A DNA stretch of 29,030 nt from a virus (taxonomy: Duplodnaviria; Caudoviricetes), in IMG/VR virus record IMGVR_UViG_3300030372_002673, positions 1-29,030 of that record; one strand, written 5' to 3'. Below, piece after piece: positions 1-7,976 of this stretch. Under the pieces are notes generated by a model. That model was not told the DNA's origin, searched no databases, and was given only the letters and a program-made list of their open reading frames with translations. The position numbers and the translations under genes were made by a program. How positions within the stretch are numbered: position 1 is the first letter of the stretch; each line of letters starts with the position of its first letter.

Positions 1-99
1 CAGCAAGAATATCAAATAGCAGAAAGCCAAGATACTGATTTAAGAAATATGGCTGTACATTATGAAGTAACCTATGAAGAAGATGGGAATGATATTGAT
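1..99. repeat. Terminal direct repeat, left copy (circular-assembly overlap)
   Basis: Bases 1-99 (cagcaagaat...gatattgat) are identical to 28932-29030. The repeat lies inside a continuous ORF, and 99 nt matches a common assembler k-mer. Confidence 0.95.
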
Positions 100-1620
100 A
101 TGAAGCCAGGCAAAACAAATCCTAAATTATTTTGGTATAGTGGAGAGACCACAGACCTAGAAAGCACAAGTGGTGGTAGCGAAACTATATATATGCACGG
201 ATTTTCACCTTTGGGTGGCGGTGGGTGGACTGCCTATTCTTTTACTTATTATCCTTTATGTACCCCCTATGAATTAACTACTGATTCTACTACTAATGAA
301 GCTGAATTAACTGCTACAACTAGGTCATTATATTGGAGCGATTGGGCTACCCCGCTAGTTCCTGATTTAAGAGTTTTTAATTGGACTGAAAGCACACCTA
401 GTAATTGGGCATATTGCTTATATGGCTATTATTGGTATAATTATTTGCTTAGCCTACATCACCCCGATTCTAGGTTAATGGATTGCTATTTAAATTTAAG
501 TGCAGTTGATATATTTAATTTTGATTTTAATGACGAAATATTTATTAAAGATTCTTATTGGAGAATTTTGAAAATACATAATTATCAAGTAGGCGTTAAA
601 ACATCAACAAAAGTTACTTTGATAAAAGTTGTAGATACTTTGATTGGTTCAGATTGTGATTATTCAGTTTCTAGTAGTGGTTTATATGCTGATACTTTTT
701 TGACTTGGTGTCCTAATACTGACACAGATTGCAATCCTGAATTAAGTGGAAATTTTGGTGGTATATTTGTTCCTCAGGATTGTTGTTATAGTAGGGGTGG
801 TACACCTGCTTTATCGAGTGCCCTTTCAGCTGCAGATTATGGATATACCGAAGGAGAATTGGCGTGTTTCGCTTATCAAGGTAGTTTACCAATATCTAAA
901 AGAATCTTAACCGAAAAAACAAGCATCCGACACTTAAAAGGAATAAGAAGTATAGGCAGTAAAGTATTGTCATCACCTTTTAAAAACTTTAGTATTGGTA
1001 CAGGAAAAACAAGGGGGAATGCACCTATAATGTTGCCTGTAAAAGATGATTTGTCTATTTCATATCAAACATACCCTGACGATAACATTATACCATTTCG
1101 AGGGGAAAGTCATAGAATAGTATTAACAGGTCAAACAACAAGTGCAGAAACAGCTTATGCATATCCTCAAGGCTCATCTGGTAATCCTAGTATAGGTTTA
1201 CCAAACAATAGTAATGTAATGATTAGGATTAATAGTATTTCTACTATTACAGGTGGTACTAACACAAGCTATCCTGTTGGTTATACAGAATCAATGTCCT
1301 ATTATACTGCATTTAAGATGTTAAATAACACAGGAACACAAATAGGAACAGCGGGGGGTGTACAAGAATTTGCAATAGCAGACGCAACAGTCAGGGGTTC
1401 ATTAGCTATTACTTTAAGTACTACAGCAGGACAAAAAAATAGGATTTTATTTGGGTTAGTAGAAAGCCTAAATGATGTTCAAAGAGTGTGGGCACTGACA
1501 GTGGATTTTCATATACAAGTAATACCTAGTTTAAATGCACCTTTAGATACAGATTGGGCTTTATATCAAAATTCAGATACAATACAATTACAAAATTATC
1601 AAGATTTATTATGGAATTAA
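1..1620 (+). CDS. C-terminal 539 aa of the large tail tip/hub-like structural protein (starts at 26733)
   Basis: Frame 1 is open from base 1 (QQEYQIAESQDTDLRNMAVH...) and is in frame with the ORF from 26733 across the terminal repeat, so ATG 49 is internal. The gene lies upstream of the tape measure gene. Confidence 0.8.
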   Translation, partial: QQEYQIAESQDTDLRNMAVHYEVTYEEDGNDIDMKPGKTNPKLFWYSGETTDLESTSGGSETIYMHGFSPLGGGGWTAYSFTYYPLCTPYELTTDSTTNEAELTATTRSLYWSDWATPLVPDLRVFNWTESTPSNWAYCLYGYYWYNYLLSLHHPDSRLMDCYLNLSAVDIFNFDFNDEIFIKDSYWRILKIHNYQVGVKTSTKVTLIKVVDTLIGSDCDYSVSSSGLYADTFLTWCPNTDTDCNPELSGNFGGIFVPQDCCYSRGGTPALSSALSAADYGYTEGELACFAYQGSLPISKRILTEKTSIRHLKGIRSIGSKVLSSPFKNFSIGTGKTRGNAPIMLPVKDDLSISYQTYPDDNIIPFRGESHRIVLTGQTTSAETAYAYPQGSSGNPSIGLPNNSNVMIRINSISTITGGTNTSYPVGYTESMSYYTAFKMLNNTGTQIGTAGGVQEFAIADATVRGSLAITLSTTAGQKNRILFGLVESLNDVQRVWALTVDFHIQVIPSLNAPLDTDWALYQNSDTIQLQNYQDLLWN

Positions 1621-1784
1621 AAAAATATATAGATTCAACATCAAAGATTATAAAACTTACTATTGACCATTTACAATTAGTAGAATATAAAAATAAAGAA
1701 TTAGACTTTGCTTATGGAATAGAAGAATATCATACAAGTTTTAAAAGAATGTTTAAGCAAATAATGAGAATAATATGGCGGTAG
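1611..1784 (+). CDS. Small hypothetical protein (57 aa, MELKKYID...)
   Basis: ATG 1611 overlaps the end of the upstream gene and the stop overlaps the tape measure start, so it fills the gap. This start is preferred to the track start at 1554. Confidence 0.6.
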   Translation: MELKKYIDSTSKIIKLTIDHLQLVEYKNKELDFAYGIEEYHTSFKRMFKQIMRIIWR

Positions 1785-3688
1785 AAAAAACAATAAATAT
1801 AAGATTAGATGCAGCGGACGCAATAACTGACTTGAAAAAAGTTAGGGGGGAAATTGATATTACCTACGCTGAATTAAGAAGAACCACACCTATTGAATTA
1901 GACGGCTCTCAGGCAAAAACTGTATTAAAAGATGTAAGTCAAGAAATAAAATCTACCGCTAAAGATGTTAAAACCATAGGGCAAGGCGCAAAAGAATCCA
2001 CTAAAGGGTTTGAAGCTTTACAAGAAGGTGCAAAAAAGACAGGTGACAGCGTTTTAGATGCTATACCTGGATTTAAAGCAATAACAACAGCAACAAAATC
2101 TTGGTCGGCAGCATTAAAAGCAACAGGGATTGGCTTGATAATAGGCTCTATTGTAGCGTTACAATCAGCATTAAGTAAAAACCAAGTTGTAATGGACGCT
2201 TTTAATGTCATTACAGAAACTATTAGTATTACGGTTCAAGAATTTGTTAATAAAGTAGTAAAAGCAACACAAACTGCAGTTAATTTTTTTAGTAAAGTAG
2301 GTAAATTTATTAAAAAGTTTACGACACAGGATATAGATGGATTAACCACATCTTATGAAGCAAATGCGGGTGCTGTAGAAACAACTATACAAAAAAATAA
2401 AAGACTAGCAAAAGAATTAGTTTCTTTAAGGAAAGAGGTAAAATTAGCAGAAGCTGAACAAAGGTTATTACAACTTACATATCAAAAAGAAGCTGAAATA
2501 CAAAGGCAAATAAGAGATGATGTGAGCTTAACTATGGAAGAACGTATTGCTGCTAATACAAAACTAGGTGAAATCCTAAATAAACAATTTGAAGAAGAAA
2601 GAGCAATATCAGAAAAGAAATTAGAACTAGCAGAAATAGAATTATCTAAAAATAAAGATAATGTAGATTTACAGGTTGCAGTAATAAATGCTAAAACAGA
2701 ACTTGCAGATTTAGATGAAAGGATAACAGGGCAAAGGTCTGAACAATTAATTAACCTTACAGGGTTACAAAATGAACAAACTGAAGCCATAAAAGCAACA
2801 GTAGAAGCAGAAAGACAAGCAGCAGCAGAAGTAGCAAAATATCAACAAGACAGAGACAATAAAAAGCAAAGTTCAGCAGATGCCTTTCAGGAACTTTTAG
2901 ATAGGAACTTAACAAACGCCCAAGTAGCAGAGAAAAAAATACGAGAGGAATTTAAGAAAATGAATGATGTGATTGTGCAGGGAATTGTAACAGGTTCTAT
3001 AACTGCAGAACAAGCCGTTACTCAAACATCTTTGCTAGGACAGGAAAAAAGACAAGCCCTTTCTGATAGTGCTCAGGCACACACCCAAGCAGATATAGAT
3101 TTCTTAATGTTCACAATGGGTAAAAGTAAAGCTTTTATAGAACAACATACAGCAGAAGAATTGGAGCTGATTGCTCACAAAAATAGAGTGGATTTAGATG
3201 AAGCACAAAAAACAGCCCAAATGAAAGACGCAAAGCTTCAGGCAGGCTTAAGTGCTGCTAAGGGTGTGACAGACGCTTTGGGTGGTTTAGCAAAAGAAGG
3301 GTCAAAGGGTGCGAAGGCAATGGCTTTGACAGGTATATTAATAGATACTGCAAAAGGTATTTCAGGTGCTATCGCCGCAGGTGCAGGTGTTCCATTTCCA
3401 GGAAACTTACTTGCTATAGCCACAGGCGTTACTAGTGTGTTATCAGGAATAGCAAATGCAAAAGCTGTTTTTGCAAAAGCAGGTGGTGATAGTGGTAGTA
3501 TTGACGGCGCTTCAGCAGGGACGAGTGTAAGGGGTAGTAGGGATAATATACCTAATATAGAAAATATAGCTGATTCACAATTAGGTCAAGAAACACCTGC
3601 TGCGCCTTTACAAGCTTATGTAGTTGAAAATGATATTAGTGATTCACAAGCATTACAAGAAGAACTAGAAACACAAGCTACCTTGTAA
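1775..3688 (+). CDS. Tail tape measure protein
   Basis: 637 aa, Ala/Glu/Lys-rich and predicted helical/coiled-coil, with hydrophobic Gly/Ala segments (ALKATGIGLIIGSIVAL; AIAAGAGVPFPGNLLAIATGV) typical of TMPs. Confidence 0.75.
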   Translation: MAVEKTINIRLDAADAITDLKKVRGEIDITYAELRRTTPIELDGSQAKTVLKDVSQEIKSTAKDVKTIGQGAKESTKGFEALQEGAKKTGDSVLDAIPGFKAITTATKSWSAALKATGIGLIIGSIVALQSALSKNQVVMDAFNVITETISITVQEFVNKVVKATQTAVNFFSKVGKFIKKFTTQDIDGLTTSYEANAGAVETTIQKNKRLAKELVSLRKEVKLAEAEQRLLQLTYQKEAEIQRQIRDDVSLTMEERIAANTKLGEILNKQFEEERAISEKKLELAEIELSKNKDNVDLQVAVINAKTELADLDERITGQRSEQLINLTGLQNEQTEAIKATVEAERQAAAEVAKYQQDRDNKKQSSADAFQELLDRNLTNAQVAEKKIREEFKKMNDVIVQGIVTGSITAEQAVTQTSLLGQEKRQALSDSAQAHTQADIDFLMFTMGKSKAFIEQHTAEELELIAHKNRVDLDEAQKTAQMKDAKLQAGLSAAKGVTDALGGLAKEGSKGAKAMALTGILIDTAKGISGAIAAGAGVPFPGNLLAIATGVTSVLSGIANAKAVFAKAGGDSGSIDGASAGTSVRGSRDNIPNIENIADSQLGQETPAAPLQAYVVENDISDSQALQEELETQATL

Positions 3689-3715
3689 ACAAAATTAAGA
3701 ATTTTATATTTATAA
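3687..3715 (+). promoter_or_regulatory. Putative phage late promoter, copy 1
   Basis: AAACAA-N9-TTTTATATTTATAA, ending 5 nt before the ATG at 3721. The same motif and spacing occur at three other intergenic sites. Confidence 0.7.
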
Positions 3716-3720
3716 ATGTT

Positions 3721-4716
3721 ATGGCTAAAAAGAAAAAACTTATAGAACTTATTATAGACGAAACAGCAGATATGTTTGGCGTGGACGCTATCAGTATTGT
3801 TAAATTTCCTGCGATAGAAGAAAACTTTGTCTTTTTTAATAATGACTTTTTATCACTTGCAAAAGTAGATGAAGAAAAAAAGCAATTAATTGGTGCAATT
3901 TTAATTCCTGATAAAAAAATACCCCGCTTGGATAAGGAAACAAACGAGGAATATGAAGTATTCTTTACTAAAGAAACTATTAAACAAGCACAGAAGCTAT
4001 TTATGAATAGTTTAAACAACAATAACCACACCTTTGAGCATAAAGTACCAGTTGAAGGATTAACTGTTGTAGAATCGTGGATTAAAGAGGATAAGAAATT
4101 TGATAAGTCTAATATGTACGGTTTTAAGAACCTACCAATCGGAACTTGGTTTGTTCAAGTAAGTGCAGAAAATAATCCTGAAATTTGGGAAGCTATTAAA
4201 AATAAAGAAGTTAGAGGATTTAGCATAGAAGGGTATTTTACAGATAAGCTAATTGAAGCATCTAAGCAGGTAGATATATTAGATGAAGTATGTGAAGAAT
4301 GTCCTGATGAAGTAATGATGGGTAAAATCAAAAACCTAATCTTAGATAATGAGTTAAATCCTGTAGGTGCTTTAGATGGTGAGCCATTGTTTAAAACTAA
4401 AGAAGAAGCTGAAATTTATGCAGAAATGTTTAAGGGTTGCTCAGGTTCTCACCCTCATACTGTTGATGGTGTTAAGTTATTTATGCCTTGTGCTGACCAT
4501 TCTACTGCTACAGCTAGAGAAGAATATGCTGATACAGGTAAAAAGAAAAGAAAGAAAAAATACAAAATGTTAGAATATGTTGCTTATGCTAAAAGAAAAG
4601 CTATGTTAAAGTATTCTTGGGACGACTGTATGAGAGACCAAATGAAAGAATATGGTAATAAAGAAACTGCTGCTAAAGTCTGTGCAGCTATCAAAAACAA
4701 GACAGTAAAACGATAA
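3721..4716 (+). CDS. Prohead protease (XkdF-like serine peptidase) with Cys/His-rich C-terminal extension
   Basis: Motifs AISIVKFPAIEENF, LIGAILIPDK, HTFEH, VVESW, GTWFV and VRGFSIEG resemble XkdF-type phage proteases. The gene sits directly upstream of the scaffold and capsid genes. Confidence 0.8.
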   Translation: MAKKKKLIELIIDETADMFGVDAISIVKFPAIEENFVFFNNDFLSLAKVDEEKKQLIGAILIPDKKIPRLDKETNEEYEVFFTKETIKQAQKLFMNSLNNNNHTFEHKVPVEGLTVVESWIKEDKKFDKSNMYGFKNLPIGTWFVQVSAENNPEIWEAIKNKEVRGFSIEGYFTDKLIEASKQVDILDEVCEECPDEVMMGKIKNLILDNELNPVGALDGEPLFKTKEEAEIYAEMFKGCSGSHPHTVDGVKLFMPCADHSTATAREEYADTGKKKRKKKYKMLEYVAYAKRKAMLKYSWDDCMRDQMKEYGNKETAAKVCAAIKNKTVKR

Positions 4717-4722
4717 AGAAGT

Positions 4723-4751
4723 AAACAATTTTAACCCTTTTATATTTATAA
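4723..4751 (+). promoter_or_regulatory. Putative phage late promoter, copy 2
   Basis: AAACAA-ttttaaccc-TTTTATATTTATAA followed by ATGTTATG, the same downstream context as copy 1. Confidence 0.7.
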
Positions 4752-4756
4752 ATGTT

Positions 4757-5455
4757 ATGGGAACTATAGAAAAAATCTTAAATATCTTAAAAATGAAAAA
4801 TGAACCTAAATCTTATAGCGTAAAATTCTACGCTGAAAAAAAATTAGATGACGGCAGAGTAATTGCTACAGAAGATGAGCAATTTGTTGTCGGGTCTAAA
4901 GTCTTCGCCATATCTGATGATGGAGATGCAGAAGCTTTATCTAAAGGAACTTATACTTTAGAAGATAATGATAAATTAGTAGTTGGTGATTCTTCTGAAA
5001 TCATTGAAATCGGTGAAACAGAAGTTACTGAAGACGAAGAAGTAGAAGTAGAAGCTAATAAAGAAGAAGAATTAGCTGAAGAATCAGAAGCAGAAGAAAC
5101 TGATTGGGCTAAAACTTTTGAAGAAATGAAAGATAGAGTTGCTGAATTAGAAAAAGCAGTCTTCGGTGATAAAGCTGAAGAAGAAACAGAAGATTTATCT
5201 GAAGAAGTTTCCGAAGAAAAAACAGAAGATTCTGAAGAAGATAAAACTGAAATGTCATCTGAAGTTATAAGTGAACTTATGACGGAAGTTGAGGATTTAA
5301 AAAGCAAAATAGCTGAACTAAGTAGTGAACCTGCTACGGAAAGTATTAATTACAATCCTGAAGGCGACCAATTTAGCTCTACTATTGACCTTCGGTCAAA
5401 TGTGAGATTGTCTGCACAAGATAAGGCAAGAGAATTAATTAACAATTTTAAATAA
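4757..5455 (+). CDS. Capsid scaffolding protein (putative)
   Basis: 232 aa, extremely Glu-rich with coiled-coil segments, located between the protease and the major capsid gene. Confidence 0.6.
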   Translation: MGTIEKILNILKMKNEPKSYSVKFYAEKKLDDGRVIATEDEQFVVGSKVFAISDDGDAEALSKGTYTLEDNDKLVVGDSSEIIEIGETEVTEDEEVEVEANKEEELAEESEAEETDWAKTFEEMKDRVAELEKAVFGDKAEEETEDLSEEVSEEKTEDSEEDKTEMSSEVISELMTEVEDLKSKIAELSSEPATESINYNPEGDQFSSTIDLRSNVRLSAQDKARELINNFK

Positions 5456-5471
5456 TAAATATAATACTAAC

Positions 5472-6434
5472 ATGAAAAACAATTTAAAAAAATATGAGTT
5501 TGCTAACCCTACTATAGGAGCAAACACTTATGCTGGACAGCTTTCTCTACCATACGTTTCGGCTGCCGTAAAAGCAAATTTGACTGTTACTGGTGGTGGT
5601 GTTAGAACTATCGATGGTTTTAATAGTAAAGCAGTAATTTCTAATTTGACAGTTGCTGACCCATTAGGTGCAGCATCTTGTACATTTAACCCAACAGATA
5701 CTACTATTGGTGAAAGCGTAATAACTTTAACTGATTTCAACGTAAATATACAATACTGTAGAGGTACGGTTTATGATACTTGGATTGGTCAAGGAATGGA
5801 CAGAAATGGTAACCTTCCACAAGAGTTTGAAGCTTTTGTATTAGAAACATTAGTTGCTAATGTAGGTCAAGCTATAGAAACTGAAATGTGGCAAGGTGGT
5901 GGTAACTGGGGTACAGGCTTCTTGTCTAATGATGGTTCATTTGGTACAGTAAGTTTTGGAAATGGAGCAATGGCTTCTTTTGCTACTCAAGAATTATCTG
6001 AAAACCCAAGTCAAGCTAACATTCTTAAAAACTTAAATGAAGTTTACTCTAAGGTAGTATCTGATAAATCTGCTATATTATCTAAGCCTGGATTTGGATT
6101 CTATATGTCACAGCAAATGTATTCGTACTATGCTATGAAATTAGGTACTGAAACTACTTACCAAGCTTCAGGTGCTGCAGGTACTTTTACAGGATTAACA
6201 TTTATGGGCTATCCAATTTACATTTGCCCTGGAATGTTCAATGATGCAATCGTAGCTACTTATCCTGAAAACTTAGTACTAGCTTCAAATGCTCGTTCAG
6301 ATATGAATGAAGTTCGTATCATACCTGCATATCAGTATGATGGCTCAGACAACATTAATGTAGTAATGAAGTTTGCTGCAGGTGTTGGTTGCGGTGTAGC
6401 TGCTGATGGGGTTGTTGGATATAACTTTGCATAA
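5472..6434 (+). CDS. Major capsid protein
   Basis: 320 aa, follows protease and scaffold and is followed by a strong terminator. It carries YAGQ, IETEMWQG and a C-terminal VVMKFAAGV-type beta segment seen in capsid proteins of Bacteroidota phages. Confidence 0.8.
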   Translation: MKNNLKKYEFANPTIGANTYAGQLSLPYVSAAVKANLTVTGGGVRTIDGFNSKAVISNLTVADPLGAASCTFNPTDTTIGESVITLTDFNVNIQYCRGTVYDTWIGQGMDRNGNLPQEFEAFVLETLVANVGQAIETEMWQGGGNWGTGFLSNDGSFGTVSFGNGAMASFATQELSENPSQANILKNLNEVYSKVVSDKSAILSKPGFGFYMSQQMYSYYAMKLGTETTYQASGAAGTFTGLTFMGYPIYICPGMFNDAIVATYPENLVLASNARSDMNEVRIIPAYQYDGSDNINVVMKFAAGVGCGVAADGVVGYNFA

Positions 6435-6448
6435 TTAACACTTTAAAT

Positions 6449-6476
6449 GGGGGGTTGAAATATACCCCCTTTTATT
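6449..6476 (+). terminator. Rho-independent terminator after the capsid gene
   Basis: GGGGGGT-TGAAATAT-ACCCCCT hairpin followed by a T-rich tail. Confidence 0.8.
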
Positions 6477-6497
6477 AACCTTTTAAAAAAAAATAAT

Positions 6498-7115
6498 ATG
6501 GCTTGTTTATTAACAGCGGGAAGAACGGTAGATTGTAAAGATTCTATATCAGGTATTAAAACTATCTTTATTGCTAAAGCTTGGGCTAATAATGCTACAA
6601 CAAATGCTACTTTTGCAGTAAATGGTACAGATGAGTTGCAGATAGATACAATGGGTTTTGCTAATTGGTCTTCAGCAGATACAAATGTTATGTCATTATA
6701 TCGTTATGAGCTTAGACCAAATTTAAGTTCTATGACAGTTAATGTAAACTCAGACCCTGCAACAGGAACAACATTTTTTAGTCAAACATTATCAGTAACA
6801 TTTCAAAAACTAGATGCTGCTATGAATAATGAACTAAAACTTATTGCTTATGGTAGACCTCAAATTTTTGTATTTGATAATATGGATAATTTGTGGATGC
6901 TGGGTGCAGTAAATGGTTGTGATGTTACTGGCGGCACGATTGTTACAGGTGCGGCTAAAGGTGATTTATCAGGATATACATTAGAATTTACAGCAGAAGA
7001 AAAACAACCTTTATATATGATAAAGAAAACAGGGCTTGATTCATCAGTTGCTGACTATCCATTTGATAGTTTAGGTGATGCTGATGCTGCGATTGTAATA
7101 TCTCCATCATATTAA
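6498..7115 (+). CDS. Major tail tube protein (putative)
   Basis: 205 aa, beta-rich (MACLLTAGR..DCKDSISGIK, GTTFFSQTL, TGAAKGDLSGYTLEFTAEE). It lies between two terminators, as expected for a highly expressed structural gene. Confidence 0.65.
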   Translation: MACLLTAGRTVDCKDSISGIKTIFIAKAWANNATTNATFAVNGTDELQIDTMGFANWSSADTNVMSLYRYELRPNLSSMTVNVNSDPATGTTFFSQTLSVTFQKLDAAMNNELKLIAYGRPQIFVFDNMDNLWMLGAVNGCDVTGGTIVTGAAKGDLSGYTLEFTAEEKQPLYMIKKTGLDSSVADYPFDSLGDADAAIVISPSY

Positions 7116-7133
7116 TCGTTACTCTCACTATAT

Positions 7134-7163
7134 AAAAGAAGGGGTTTAATCACCCCTTTTTTT
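7134..7163 (+). terminator. Rho-independent terminator (possibly bidirectional)
   Basis: AAAAGAAGGGGT-TTAATC-ACCCCTTTTTTT. Confidence 0.85.
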
Positions 7164-7173
7164 GTACACTAAA

Positions 7174-7202
7174 AAACAATAATAGATTTTTTATATTTAT
7201 AA
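7174..7202 (+). promoter_or_regulatory. Putative phage late promoter, copy 3
   Basis: AAACAA-taatagatt-TTTTATATTTATAA, immediately after the terminator and ahead of the portal-lysis run of genes. Confidence 0.7.
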
Positions 7203-7215
7203 TAAAACATTAACT

Positions 7216-7386
7216 ATGACTTGGAAAGTAAAATCAGAACATTATAATGTTAAGTTTCCTAATAGAACTTATTGTTTAGGGGAATTAAATCAAAAACAAA
7301 TAAAAGTATTGCCTAGTGAGATTCGAAATAAGTATTTTATAGAAGACAAGCCTAAGAAGAAAAAGAAATATGACTTGGAAGATTAA
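7216..7386 (+). CDS. Small protein A (56 aa), paralog of the next ORF; not in the ORF track
   Basis: Translated by hand: MTWKVKSEHYNVKFPNRTYCLGELNQKQIKVLPSEIRNKYFIEDKPKKKKKYDLED. It is the first ORF after the promoter motif. Confidence 0.65.
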   Translation: MTWKVKSEHYNVKFPNRTYCLGELNQKQIKVLPSEIRNKYFIEDKPKKKKKYDLED

Positions 7387-7504
7387 AAAAGAATGGATTG
7401 GTGCTATTGTTTATTGCATAGGAAAAGATTTAGAAACATTAACACAAGATGAAATTTTAAGTTTAGATGAAGGGTGTAGAACTACAATCTTTAAAGAAGA
7501 ATAA
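7370..7504 (+). CDS. Small protein B (44 aa), paralog of the previous ORF; not in the ORF track
   Basis: Translated by hand: MTWKIKKEWIGAIVYCIGKDLETLTQDEILSLDEGCRTTIFKEE. The stop is 2 nt before the next ATG. Confidence 0.65.
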   Translation: MTWKIKKEWIGAIVYCIGKDLETLTQDEILSLDEGCRTTIFKEE

Positions 7505-7506
7505 CA

Positions 7507-7974
7507 ATGGTTCAGTATTATCAGAATGATTTTGTTGGTGCTGGTCAATGGATAAGAGCAGACCTCTATAATTTTATGACAGATAGTGGAAAAACTAACT
7601 TATATAAACCTCTAATTGTTTTTAAAAGTCACTTTACAAAAGGCGAAAAAGTTTGTTTACCTTGGGCTGTATATAATAATGCTAAAGAACGATATATTGC
7701 GCTGAGTTTATTTATACAAATACTAGGAAGCACTGAAGATTTAAGCGCAGGTGAGGTGTTATTTGGAACAAGGAATTTTCCATACGGATTTTATGATGTG
7801 ACTGTATATGAAAACAAAGATAACACAAATTTAGTAGTTGCTGATGCTGTAAAAAAACTATTTACAGGATTAATGCATATACAACAAAGAAATTTAGTCG
7901 GAGATAATAATTTAGAATATACAGAATATACTACAAATGACAGTGATACGGAAAGTGTTTATTTAACCAATTAA
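7507..7974 (+). CDS. Hypothetical virion protein (155 aa)
   Basis: Beta-rich ORF tightly packed directly upstream of the portal gene. Confidence 0.55.
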   Translation: MVQYYQNDFVGAGQWIRADLYNFMTDSGKTNLYKPLIVFKSHFTKGEKVCLPWAVYNNAKERYIALSLFIQILGSTEDLSAGEVLFGTRNFPYGFYDVTVYENKDNTNLVVADAVKKLFTGLMHIQQRNLVGDNNLEYTEYTTNDSDTESVYLTN

Positions 7975-7976
7975 TT

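Noticed and set aside
1-99. Biological terminal repeat or attachment site
   Set aside because: It lies mid-gene and is 99 nt long, consistent with an assembler k-mer overlap on a circular contig rather than a physical genome end.
49-1620. Stand-alone 523-aa protein starting at ATG 49
   Set aside because: The frame is open upstream through the junction to ATG 26733, so it is the C-terminal part of a 1272-aa protein.
5000-5300. GAAGAA-rich quasi-repeats
   Set aside because: Explained by Glu-rich coding in the scaffold protein; not a DNA repeat array.
1939-5740. Minus-strand ORFs at 1939-2211, 2482-2790, 3238-3423, 3678-4031, 4951-5307 and 5528-5740
   Set aside because: Antisense shadows of well-supported genes; their Ser/Leu/Phe-rich composition mirrors the codon bias of the plus strand.
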